Shown piece by piece: positions 1 to 9,046 of a DNA stretch of 34,282 bases. The notes under the pieces are model-generated. The model was not told the DNA's origin. It did not search any database and saw only the letters and a list, made by a program, of their open reading frames with translations. This DNA is from Candidatus Hydrogenedentota bacterium. GTDB taxonomy: Bacteria > Hydrogenedentota > Hydrogenedentia > Hydrogenedentales > GCA-2746185. Every line of letters begins with the position of its first letter. The first letter of the stretch is position 1. The position numbers were made by a program, and so were the translations under genes. The stretch covers positions 1 to 34,282 of the forward strand of contig JAYGCN010000102.1 in assembly GCA_046583315.1 (NCBI GenBank), given 5' to 3'.

Positions 1-1
1 G

Positions 2-1420
2 GTTGTGGTGGATGGCGGAACGGTTTCGCGGCAACATGCACGTTTATGGCTGGAAGACGGCATCGTTGCGGTGGAAGATTTGGGATCGCGGAACGGTGTC
101 AAGATCAACGGCGTGCGCACCCGAAGCGGCAGTTTGCACGACGGGGATCAACTGGAAGTGGGGCAGCATCTGTTTGTGGTGACCACGCCCGATGCACCAT
201 CGGTTTCCGTGAAGAGTGGCGATGTGCCGACACCTACGCCGATCCCGAAAGCGCGCGGAACTCAGAAACGCGCCCTGCAGAATCCTGATGTGCGTCTGAA
301 TGCCGCACTCGCGTCTGCCGCGCGTCTGCAACCTTATTTATTCGATTCGGATGTCATGTTCAAACACATGGCGAAGATTATTCTCTCGGGCATTCCCGGT
401 CAACGGTGTTACATTCTGGGTAATACGCCGGGCAAACGCGATCTCAACGTGTTGTATTTCGCGACGCGTTCGGGAATCGAGGATGGCCCAGGTCTGAACA
501 CCGCGATCGTGGAGCACGTGTATAGTCAACGTAAACCCATCATTTCCGGCGACGTTTCCGAAGCCCCGACCACGCGCGCAGCAGAGACATCCAAAACCGG
601 AACCATTTGCGTGCCGTTGATGAGCAACAAGAACGCCATAGGTGCCATTTATGTGGATACGGGATGGGAGAGTTCCCGGTTTGTGCAGGCGAATCTCGAA
701 GACATGAAAGCGTATGGACTCGCATTCGGAACGATCGTGGATCAAGCGGGACAAATCGATGCGAAAATTGAAGACGCCAGCGCGGAAGGCATAAACGAGG
801 CGACGTCAGCATTGGGTAAATGTTTTTACGAACAGTTGCACGATTTGCGCGAGGCGATGCAGTCGGGGAAACCGGATGCGCTTGACGAAGCCATGAAACG
901 CGCGGACCTCGCGGTGCAGCAGATGGTCGGTATCGCGAGCATCCAACATGCTCGCCCTCGATCGCTCCCGTTGAATGCGCTGATGGACAAGGTGCTGAGT
1001 GAAATGGCAGCGGAAATTAAGGCGGCGGGTGTCACGGTGGATTTTCCGAACAACACCCGTGCCATTGCGTTCGTGGATGCCTATCAGTTGGAGCGCGTTA
1101 TATATGCGTTGCTGATGCAGAGTCTGTCGACGTGCACCAGTGGCAGCAACACGGTGTCGATTTTGACTGAAAACAGACCCGACGGATGTTACATAATCAT
1201 TAAAGATGATGGTGCCGGATTGCCTGCTGGTCAGGCGGCGGGTCTGTCGTCGAACGTACTGGATAACGTGGCACTGGGCATGCGCGGTATCATGTTGGCA
1301 AACGCCTTTGGCGTGATTGAGGCCCACAACGGCAGTTTCACAATTCGAAGTGAGGAAAACGCCGGATCCCTGTTCACGGTGGTGCTTCCGCAACAGGAAA
1401 GTGCCGTCGCTAATCAGTAG
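2..1420 (+). CDS. FHA-GAF-histidine kinase-like (HATPase) protein, 5' truncated by window, kinase motifs degenerate
   Basis: FHA motifs VSRQHA and DLGSRNGVKING; GAF-like ICVPL..IGAIYVD; C-terminal IKDDGAG and HNGSFTIRSEENAGSLFTVVLP. The frame is open to the window edge. Confidence 0.8.
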   Translation, partial: VVVDGGTVSRQHARLWLEDGIVAVEDLGSRNGVKINGVRTRSGSLHDGDQLEVGQHLFVVTTPDAPSVSVKSGDVPTPTPIPKARGTQKRALQNPDVRLNAALASAARLQPYLFDSDVMFKHMAKIILSGIPGQRCYILGNTPGKRDLNVLYFATRSGIEDGPGLNTAIVEHVYSQRKPIISGDVSEAPTTRAAETSKTGTICVPLMSNKNAIGAIYVDTGWESSRFVQANLEDMKAYGLAFGTIVDQAGQIDAKIEDASAEGINEATSALGKCFYEQLHDLREAMQSGKPDALDEAMKRADLAVQQMVGIASIQHARPRSLPLNALMDKVLSEMAAEIKAAGVTVDFPNNTRAIAFVDAYQLERVIYALLMQSLSTCTSGSNTVSILTENRPDGCYIIIKDDGAGLPAGQAAGLSSNVLDNVALGMRGIMLANAFGVIEAHNGSFTIRSEENAGSLFTVVLPQQESAVANQ

Positions 1421-2720
1421 AGTCCGTCGGCCATTGCGTGCTGATGAACGCGAGAGCCTCTTCTTTGTTGGACAGCGTGTCTTCCAATTGGGCATCTTCA
1501 ATGCGCTGCAAGATCTCTTTGAACAGTGGCCCGGGCCGGTAGCCAAGAGTAATTAGATCGTCGCCGGTCACCAGTGCATCGGGTCGAATCGCGTCCGGTT
1601 CCAGATTATCCGAATACACCGTGATCCACTCGTAGGTACTCATATCACCGTGGCTCGCCAGGCAGTCGACCCGCATGAGGTCGAGTAACTTTTCGAATCC
1701 CGTTTCACGAACCAGACGTTTACGCTTGCTCTCCTTCATATCCGGCATGGCGGAAATGCGCATGTGTTGGGAAACAAGCCAAGTTATCTCTTCACGTTCT
1801 TCATTGGAAAGCCGTAATCGTTGGCAGATCACGTCCGCCATTTCCGTACCCTCTTTTTCATGGTGATTGAAACGAATGCGATCCTCGAAGGTCTGCGTCG
1901 CGGGCTTTCCAATGTCGTGCAACAGTGCACCCATGGCCAGCGTGAAGGTGGGGCAGTCCAAATGGTCTAGAAGCAACATCGTATGCGTGAACACATCTCC
2001 TTCCGGATGAAACTCCGGAGGCTGTTCGCACCCTACGGTCTGCACAAGCTCAGGCAGAACGACCTCAAGTAATCCCGTGTCCAGCATCTGACGAATCGCC
2101 GAAGAGGACCGGGGTTGTGTCAGGATACGCTCCAACTCGTTGCGGATTCGTTCGGGACTGATCCGTGCCAGCGACTTGGCATGGCTTCGAATGCCGTTGA
2201 GGGTTTCCGCTTCAACGGTGAAATCGAGTTGAGCCGCAAAACGTACCGCACGCAGCAGTCGCAGATGGTCCTCGCCGAAGCGCAGATGCGGATCACCTAC
2301 TGCACGGATAATACCCGCCTTCAAATCGGCTTCACCGTTTACGTAATCGATGATTTCGTCTGTGAAGGGGTCTTGAAACAGGGCGTTGACCGTGAAATCC
2401 CTACGAAGCGCATCCTGTTCGGCATCAACGAAGGTGACGTTGGTCGGTCGCCGTCCGTCCGCGTAGTTTCCATCATCGCGAAAGGTCGCGACCTCGAAAT
2501 GAAACCCCTCGTGCACGACGATTAGCACGCCGAATGCCGCGCCGACCGGGATGGACTTCGGGAATAGTTTTTCGACTTCCTCGGGTGTTGCTGACGTGGC
2601 GATATCGATATCTTTCGAAGGGAGTCCCAAAAGACAATCGCGCACGTACCCCCCGGCGAAAAGGACCTCATGACCTGCTTCTTTCAGTCGTGTGCATAGG
2701 TATCGGGCCGCTCCGGTCAT
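1410..2720 (-). CDS. cca: CCA tRNA nucleotidyltransferase with HD domain
   Basis: GGYVRD, DIDIAT, EVATFR, DALRRDFTVNA, EDHLRLLR and LLHDIGKP. The poly(A) polymerase G(R/K)(R/K)F signature is absent (VGAAF). ATG 2720 preferred because it has GAGG upstream and avoids overlap; the track start is 2783. Confidence 0.88.
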   Translation of the reverse strand: MTGAARYLCTRLKEAGHEVLFAGGYVRDCLLGLPSKDIDIATSATPEEVEKLFPKSIPVGAAFGVLIVVHEGFHFEVATFRDDGNYADGRRPTNVTFVDAEQDALRRDFTVNALFQDPFTDEIIDYVNGEADLKAGIIRAVGDPHLRFGEDHLRLLRAVRFAAQLDFTVEAETLNGIRSHAKSLARISPERIRNELERILTQPRSSSAIRQMLDTGLLEVVLPELVQTVGCEQPPEFHPEGDVFTHTMLLLDHLDCPTFTLAMGALLHDIGKPATQTFEDRIRFNHHEKEGTEMADVICQRLRLSNEEREEITWLVSQHMRISAMPDMKESKRKRLVRETGFEKLLDLMRVDCLASHGDMSTYEWITVYSDNLEPDAIRPDALVTGDDLITLGYRPGPLFKEILQRIEDAQLEDTLSNKEEALAFISTQWPTDSTD

Positions 2721-2731
2721 GGCATGGGCCT

Positions 2732-5332
2732 CTAGGTCAGTTCCGATTGGGAAGGTTTTGCACGCAGTCGACTGTATCCCCATGAAATAATGAGCGTAAT
2801 CACGGTAATAATCGCGACGACCGACAGTTTGAGTACAGGAGCCAGGTTGGATAAGTCATAGGCATAAAGGCGTGCAATCACGACGAAAATAACGATGAGT
2901 GCTGCGAAGCGGTATTGTGAGGAACGAAATACGACACCGAAAATCATCGTAATGACCCCGAGTGCCATCAGGCGAAGACTCAAGCGTTCGGGCAGTGAAT
3001 CGTGCCACAGGCCCAGCATCCCGATCGCCATCGCAGCCGACACCATGAAGCGATGCAGCCATACGGTGGGCATTGAATCGCTGGCGATGCGACGTTCCCA
3101 CCAGCGGAGTAGCCGTTCGGTTAGCGCGACCATGACGATGATGGCGATCAGATAGGCCAGAAAATCCGGATAGTCCGTATTCGGAGCAAGCACGTCCAGG
3201 GATCGAAGATAGAAACTGGCGCACCCCAACAGGGTCGCGGTCATGGCGGCGATGCGCAGGCCCATGAGCAACGAAAACGTTCCCACTGCCATCAAGATCA
3301 ATCCAAGCGCGACCTGCGCCGCCGGGGCAAACAGCGTACCATCCATGCGCTCACACAGCGTGGTCAATACGAGCGTTGAGGCAATGAACGGGATCGATGA
3401 AAGCAGATCGTGTTCCCAAGGCGTGCCGTCTTCGATTCGGCGCAGGTAGCGTTCCCAGAAGTAGCTACCGAGAAACGAGACCAGGGCCAATACGATGGTA
3501 AGATTGATGAAGTAGGGTTGTGAATCGAAGTCGACCCGGCCGGTATACCAGAAAAAGTGATAGGTGACGTGGGCGCTCACGATCATCAGAACGCTGGAAA
3601 GACCCATTTGGGGGGTGCCCAACAAAATGCCGATGAGTGCGAAGGCCAGACCTTCGCCTGCGAGTATGAATGGAAGGGAGGGTGACTCGCCGAGATCGAA
3701 TATGGTTAATGCGGTGAGGATCAATGCGCCGACGGTGGTATTCATGACGGCCATGACGCTGGGAGACCAGTTCCAACGTCGATTTGCCAGGAACCAGTGG
3801 TCTTCTTGATGGAAAAGTGTAGACGCATGAGGCGCAACGCGATGGTCGTAGTACCAGGCAATCAGGGTGAACAATGCCACTGCTGCCAAGGTCGTGACCC
3901 ATTTGGTGGGTAGCACGTATCCCAATATGTCGATGCGACTTTCCAGGGCCAGAATTGACATGCTTCCCACGAATATAACCAACAATAAAAACAATTGGGC
4001 CGTTTTGAGGATAGTTAAGGGAAGGCGCTTGTAGAGTATTGCGAGGGTCAAACATTCCAAGCCCATCGCGATCATCAGCCATTCACGGGTCAAGGCGGAA
4101 TCGAAGGCCAAGGTGCCAAAGACGATCATCTGGCACAGGAACATCTGCATGATCAGGCTACTTTTGGAGCCGTAGCGTTGCGCGGCCGCAGTAAGGAGAA
4201 TGAAACAGAATGTGATGGATACGCGGAAGGGCATGATCCACTGCGACAGGAAGTCTTGCAGCGGATACCAGGTCAGCATGAAGAACCAGGGGAAAGCGAT
4301 TCCGACGAGAAGCGCGGCACTGCGGTGTTGCGGCGAGGCACTTCGTAAATGCGCGATACAGCCGATACAGACGCAGAGGTAAACCAGGGTCAGTAAGGCA
4401 ACACAGTAGCCGTAAAACTGCTCCAGGGGAAGGGGGATTTCCGGAGTCGTGAAAACGAAAAAGTAATTGTAGATTCCGTAGGTTCCAAGCAGTGTAATCC
4501 ACATGGGCAGAATCAGGCGATGGTTAAATTGCAGAATTGTGCTGATGATTGCGATAAGGCTGCAGGTGAACAAGGCATACTTCATTTCGATCTCGCCGCC
4601 TACCTGGTTCAACGATATGACGACCGTGTACAACATCAGAGCCAGTGTGATTCCGGTCGTGGTTTCGCTCTTGGATCGCAGAAGAAATCCCCCCACCAGA
4701 AGACCCACGCCAATCATCGTCGGAATGATGGGGAGTCCGCTGAGATCCGTTTCGAGAAGTTGTGTCTCCGGAATAAAAAAGAGCGCGTAGGTCGTGAAAT
4801 AAAGAGTGGAGAGTCCCGTGCCCATCAACGCATTCGAGAATAGACCGGGTTGGCTGCGTTGATAGAGTCCATAGGCGACAAAACAGATCGATACGCCGTA
4901 GCCCGTGAAGACTTTATAGAGCGGGGGGAAACTGTCATCGCGTATACCCAGCACCAGTAAGGTCATGAACAACAGGACCGCACCCCGCGGCAACCAGATG
5001 CTTCCCAGTCGCGTTTCGAGCGATTCTCCCTGTTGCACACCGAGTATGCGTTCGACGCCTTCGCGTACGCCGCCCACCAAATCGAAAACTTCTTCGGTGA
5101 GCTCCAATTGACCCGGATTTTCAATGGGGTCGGACTCCTCTTTGGGCGCAGCGTCTGGCACGGGTCGCTCCAGTAGAATCTCAACCAGGCCGGACAACTC
5201 GCGCACCTGTTCCTCGAGATCTTCAATGCGTGATTGATTCCCCCCCTGCTTGGGAAACAATAGATCATCGGCGTTGTCGGGAATCTCTTTCTCTGGATTA
5301 CTATCTGCAGATTGCTGTTCGTCGTTGCTCAT
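2732..5332 (-). CDS. Large polytopic membrane protein, DUF2339-like
   Basis: N-terminal coiled-coil segment (RIEDLEEQVREL), LETRLGSIWLPRG, LYFTTYA, then many hydrophobic helices. ATG at 5332 chosen over track start 5359. Confidence 0.7.
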   Translation of the reverse strand: MSNDEQQSADSNPEKEIPDNADDLLFPKQGGNQSRIEDLEEQVRELSGLVEILLERPVPDAAPKEESDPIENPGQLELTEEVFDLVGGVREGVERILGVQQGESLETRLGSIWLPRGAVLLFMTLLVLGIRDDSFPPLYKVFTGYGVSICFVAYGLYQRSQPGLFSNALMGTGLSTLYFTTYALFFIPETQLLETDLSGLPIIPTMIGVGLLVGGFLLRSKSETTTGITLALMLYTVVISLNQVGGEIEMKYALFTCSLIAIISTILQFNHRLILPMWITLLGTYGIYNYFFVFTTPEIPLPLEQFYGYCVALLTLVYLCVCIGCIAHLRSASPQHRSAALLVGIAFPWFFMLTWYPLQDFLSQWIMPFRVSITFCFILLTAAAQRYGSKSSLIMQMFLCQMIVFGTLAFDSALTREWLMIAMGLECLTLAILYKRLPLTILKTAQLFLLLVIFVGSMSILALESRIDILGYVLPTKWVTTLAAVALFTLIAWYYDHRVAPHASTLFHQEDHWFLANRRWNWSPSVMAVMNTTVGALILTALTIFDLGESPSLPFILAGEGLAFALIGILLGTPQMGLSSVLMIVSAHVTYHFFWYTGRVDFDSQPYFINLTIVLALVSFLGSYFWERYLRRIEDGTPWEHDLLSSIPFIASTLVLTTLCERMDGTLFAPAAQVALGLILMAVGTFSLLMGLRIAAMTATLLGCASFYLRSLDVLAPNTDYPDFLAYLIAIIVMVALTERLLRWWERRIASDSMPTVWLHRFMVSAAMAIGMLGLWHDSLPERLSLRLMALGVITMIFGVVFRSSQYRFAALIVIFVVIARLYAYDLSNLAPVLKLSVVAIITVITLIISWGYSRLRAKPSQSELT

Positions 5333-5338
5333 AAGTGA

Positions 5339-5368
5339 ATTGTAATGATACCGGGCCAAACAAGTCTA
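5339..5368 (-). promoter_or_regulatory. Putative sigma70 promoter of the DUF2339-like gene (possibly leaderless)
   Basis: TAGACT-18nt-TACAAT on the minus strand, with the -10 ending 6 nt before ATG 5332. Confidence 0.45.
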
Positions 5369-5384
5369 GCCAGTCGTTTTCGAT

Positions 5385-5413
5385 TTGAACTGTTCCGGGG
5401 CAATCGCTATACT
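5385..5413 (+). promoter_or_regulatory. Putative sigma70 promoter for microprotein-hemE
   Basis: TTGAAC-17nt-TATACT. Confidence 0.6.
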
Positions 5414-5455
5414 CCCTCAACGTTCACCGATGCTTGAGAACAGGGAGACTCCGCA

Positions 5456-5611
5456 ATGAGAATCATCGCCATCCTGACTTTACTCGTGGGTGTTATCGGT
5501 GGCGCGCTGACCTATCTCGCCGTCATCAATGTAATGCCGATTCAATATTTCGCCGTGATCGCCATTGTCGGTGCCGTTCTCGTGATTTTTACCCGTCGCC
5601 CCGGCGACTAA
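5456..5611 (+). CDS. 51-aa small membrane protein with two predicted TM helices (not in ORF track)
   Basis: MRIIAILTLLVGVIGGALTYLAVINVMPIQYFAVIAIVGAVLVIFTRRPGD; GGGAGA RBS at 5443-5448; upstream promoter; fills the gap before hemE. Confidence 0.75.
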   Translation: MRIIAILTLLVGVIGGALTYLAVINVMPIQYFAVIAIVGAVLVIFTRRPGD

Positions 5612-5643
5612 CCTATTCTGAATCCTAACCCCGCGTGGAATCC

Positions 5644-6672
5644 ATGCCTAGAAGCTATACAAATGACCTGCTGATTCGCGCGCTCAATGGCGAGACGACC
5701 CCGCGCCCGCCCGTGTGGATGATGCGGCAGGCAGGTCGGACCGATCCGCTCTATAACGAGTACAAAGCCAAGGCTGACTTGCCCCTGGAGAAGCTGTTTC
5801 AGCATCCCGAACAAGCGGCACACATCTCGTTGCTTCCGAAACGCCTCGGGGTGGACGCGATCATTTACTTCCAGGACATTCTCACGCCGCTCGGGCCGAT
5901 GGGCTGCGAGTTCCTGTTTCGTCCGGGACCGGTCACCGAGAATCCGATTAACACGCGCGATGATATTGATCGGTTGACGCGATACGAAATGCCCGAGCAG
6001 GTGGGCTTTATCGGAGAGACCTTCGACAGGCTACACGCGACCTTGGACGGCGAGTTGCCCGTGCTTGGATTCGCAGGCGCACCGATGACCTTGGCCGTGT
6101 TCATGATTGAAGGAAAAAGTTTCGGCACCAAAGCCGAGCGCGCTTTCAACTTCTTTGAGAATCATCCCGAAGATACGCACGTCCTGCTTGAAAAACTGAC
6201 CGAAATGACCATTCGTTATCTTGAATACCAAATCGAACACGGCGCGGCCAGTGTACAACTCTTCGAATCCGCCGCATTTCTGTGTACGCCCGATCAATAC
6301 CGCACTCTCGCGCTACCGTATCAACAGAAAATTTTCGCCGCACTGAAGGGTAAGGTGCCCACCATTCAATTCGCGCGGGAATGGGATAACATCGCCGAAC
6401 TGGGTGAGGCTGGCGCGGATGTCGTGAGTCTTCCAAGTAGTATCAGTATCCATGAGGCCAGAGACGTGCTCGGCATCGATCAGGTTGTCCAGGGGAACCT
6501 CAGCAATCGCCTCTTGTGTGACGGGCCGTTGGAAGCCATCGAATCGGCCGCGCGTGCGTGTGTGGAAGCGGGGGAGAGTCGGGGGCACATCTTTAATCTC
6601 GACCACGGACTCCTGCGGGAGACGCCTTATGAGAATATCCAGTTCCTGATGAGGGTACTGAAGGGCAACTAG
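5644..6672 (+). CDS. hemE: Uroporphyrinogen decarboxylase
   Basis: RPPVWMMRQAGR, DIL, GFAGAP.TL, VQGNL, HIFNLDHG. ATG 5644 (GTG 5635 is an alternative). Confidence 0.88.
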   Translation: MPRSYTNDLLIRALNGETTPRPPVWMMRQAGRTDPLYNEYKAKADLPLEKLFQHPEQAAHISLLPKRLGVDAIIYFQDILTPLGPMGCEFLFRPGPVTENPINTRDDIDRLTRYEMPEQVGFIGETFDRLHATLDGELPVLGFAGAPMTLAVFMIEGKSFGTKAERAFNFFENHPEDTHVLLEKLTEMTIRYLEYQIEHGAASVQLFESAAFLCTPDQYRTLALPYQQKIFAALKGKVPTIQFAREWDNIAELGEAGADVVSLPSSISIHEARDVLGIDQVVQGNLSNRLLCDGPLEAIESAARACVEAGESRGHIFNLDHGLLRETPYENIQFLMRVLKGN

Positions 6673-7766
6673 CGTTTAAGGATTCCGCCTTTCGCTGAAC
6701 TCAGATAGATCCCCTTCAGGTTCATCTGTAATTCTTCGGGGTTATCCGAAAACTTCACCGCATCGTCCTTGCTGACCAGTTCGCGTTTCACCAGGTCGAC
6801 CAGGCTCGTGTTAAACGACTGCATGCCCTCATCTCCGCCTGCCGCGATACCGTTCGGGATCTGTTTAATCAAATTCTCTCGAATCAGCTGAGCGATGGCC
6901 GGGGAATTGTACATGATTTCTACCGCGGCAACACGCCCTTTTCCATCAATCGAGGGGACCAGTCGTTGCGCAACGGTATACTTCAGTTGCAGGGCCAGTT
7001 GCGAGCGAATTTGATCGTGTTGAGTCGCGGGAAACATGTCCATGATGCGGTCAATGGTGAGCATGGCGTTCGTCGTGTGCAATGTGCTGAACACCAAATG
7101 TCCCGTTTCTGCGGCAGACGTTGACGCGTGAAAGGTCTCCGAGTCCCGCATCTCGCCGATAAGAATCACATCGGGATCTTCACGCATCGCCGCGCGCAGG
7201 GCCGTACTAAAATCCTTTGTGTCGATGGTGATCTCGCGTTGCGTGACGAGACTTTTCTTGTTTTGGTGCAAGAATTCTATCGGGTCTTCGAGTGTGACGA
7301 TGTGTTCACGCTGATTCGTGTTGATGTGATCGATGATCGCCGCGAGCGTGGTCGATTTACCACTACCCGTCGTTCCCGTAATCAGGCATAATCCGCGCCG
7401 AACCGCGCTCACCTGATCCATCGCTTTTGGAAGATTCAATTCGTGGAAGGGAAGGATCTTGCCTTTCACGTGGCGCATGATGATGCCCGTGGAGCCGCGC
7501 TGTTTTAGGCAATTGACGCGGAATCGTCCCAGACCGGGAATGCTGTAGGCCACGTCCGTGTCACCGGTCGCGTCGAATTCGACGCGTTTGGTTTCAGTGA
7601 GGATTTGATCCAGATAAGAATCCGTATGGGTGGGGGTCAGGTTGTCTTCACCGAAAAATCGAATCTTGCCGTCGATGCGGCATGCGGGTGGACTGCCCAC
7701 GCACAAATGAACGTCTGACGCGCCGTGTTTGACCGCGTAGCCCAACACCTCTTCCAACGATGCCAT
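6669..7766 (-). CDS. pilT: Type IV pilus retraction ATPase, PilT/PilU family
   Basis: GASDVHL, Walker A GTTGSGKST, TLEDPIE, REDPDVILIGEMRD, TGHLVFSTLHT and an AIRNLIRE-like AIAQLIRE. PilT versus PilU not resolved. Confidence 0.88.
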   Translation of the reverse strand: MASLEEVLGYAVKHGASDVHLCVGSPPACRIDGKIRFFGEDNLTPTHTDSYLDQILTETKRVEFDATGDTDVAYSIPGLGRFRVNCLKQRGSTGIIMRHVKGKILPFHELNLPKAMDQVSAVRRGLCLITGTTGSGKSTTLAAIIDHINTNQREHIVTLEDPIEFLHQNKKSLVTQREITIDTKDFSTALRAAMREDPDVILIGEMRDSETFHASTSAAETGHLVFSTLHTTNAMLTIDRIMDMFPATQHDQIRSQLALQLKYTVAQRLVPSIDGKGRVAAVEIMYNSPAIAQLIRENLIKQIPNGIAAGGDEGMQSFNTSLVDLVKRELVSKDDAVKFSDNPEELQMNLKGIYLSSAKGGILKR

Positions 7767-7827
7767 AAATTTGCCCCTTGTTCATTCATGAATCGGATCA
7801 GTATAACAGAAAGTTTTGCTGGAACGA

Positions 7828-9018
7828 TTAGGTTAGTTCGGCTACGTTTGCTTTCACTTTTTCGAACATGTCAACGATACTATTCATGTCGTCTTCAGTC
7901 CCCAGCAAGTGCTGATGGCTGAACCACAGCGCGCTCCGGTAACACAGGTCTTCGCAAACGGGACAGGTTAGGTCCGCATAGTCGCCCATGTTCACATAGG
8001 CGGGCTGTTTGTACAAGGGCATGGGATAGCCCGCGCCGATGGGAAGGCCTTCGGCAATGATCGCCTCCACCAGACGTTCACGGGAGCAACCGAAGACATT
8101 GGGGTCAACGCGCAGGCAATAAATGTGTCGCGAATGTTTCGTTTGGCGCGAATCGATGGGTTGCGGAGTCAGGCCGTCGATAGCGCCAAGCCCTGCATCG
8201 AGAATATCCGCGTTGCGAATCCGAAGTGCTTGTTGCTCGGGCACCCGTTCCAATTGCGTCGATAACAGTGCGGCCTGAAATTCGCCCAGACGCGCGTTTG
8301 TGCCGAAGCGGTAGTGTTCATACCAGACGCCGCCTTCTTCACGTCCGCAGTTGATCAGGGATTGCATGATGCCCGCGATGTCGACGCTTTCAGTGACCAT
8401 CGCGCCGCCTTCTCCGGCTGTGAGATTCTTGAAGGCTTGGAAGCTGAAGACTCCGCAGTCGCCGAGGATACCTGCGGCTTTGCCGTTCCAAGACGCACCC
8501 CAGGAATGACAGGCATCTTCAATGACGTAGAGGTCGTGCTTTTTCGCGATCTCGTTGATGCGATCCATGTCGCAGATGCGCCCGCTGAAATGCACGGGAC
8601 AAATGGCCTTGGTATCGGGTGTAATGGCCGCTTCGATGAGTTCGACATCGATATTCCAGGTGTCGTCGATGTCCACGAATACCGGTTTCGCGCCCATTCG
8701 GGATACCGCACTTGCGGTCGCAAAAAACGTGAAGGGAGGCACGATCACATCGTCGCCCGGGCCAATATCGAGGGCCTGCATGCAGATTTCCAGTGCCGTC
8801 GTGCCGCTGGTCGTGGTGAGACAGTAGGTGACCCCCTGAAACTTGGCGTAGGCTTCTTCGAAATCACGAACCTTGTCGCCGTACCACCAGTTGGTATTGT
8901 GGAGCACATCTTTGAGAGCGGCTTCTTCGCGTTGGTCGAACTGTGGCCACGTAGGCCACGCAAGGTCGTGCGAACGGATCGGAGTTCCCCCGAGTAAAGC
9001 TAGTTGGTGCGTGCTCAT
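7828..9018 (-). CDS. DegT/DnrJ/EryC1/StrS family PLP aminotransferase
   Basis: SGTTAL, GDDVIVPPFTFFAT, IEDACHSWG, FSFQAFKNLTAGEGG (PLP Lys), GTNARL. Confidence 0.92.
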   Translation of the reverse strand: MSTHQLALLGGTPIRSHDLAWPTWPQFDQREEAALKDVLHNTNWWYGDKVRDFEEAYAKFQGVTYCLTTTSGTTALEICMQALDIGPGDDVIVPPFTFFATASAVSRMGAKPVFVDIDDTWNIDVELIEAAITPDTKAICPVHFSGRICDMDRINEIAKKHDLYVIEDACHSWGASWNGKAAGILGDCGVFSFQAFKNLTAGEGGAMVTESVDIAGIMQSLINCGREEGGVWYEHYRFGTNARLGEFQAALLSTQLERVPEQQALRIRNADILDAGLGAIDGLTPQPIDSRQTKHSRHIYCLRVDPNVFGCSRERLVEAIIAEGLPIGAGYPMPLYKQPAYVNMGDYADLTCPVCEDLCYRSALWFSHQHLLGTEDDMNSIVDMFEKVKANVAELT

Positions 9019-9046
9019 TGTGCTGTCTTACCTTTCTTTAAATGGT

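Noticed and set aside
806..1546. Long antisense or alternate-frame ORFs (also 3465-4082, 8314-8997, 18223-18834, 22026-22589, 31483-32094)
   Set aside because: These are shadow ORFs over well-supported genes in GC-rich coding DNA, with no recognisable motifs.
1410..2720. Poly(A) polymerase (pcnB) assignment
   Set aside because: It lacks the PAP-specific G(R/K)(R/K)F motif and has the HD domain typical of CCA enzymes.
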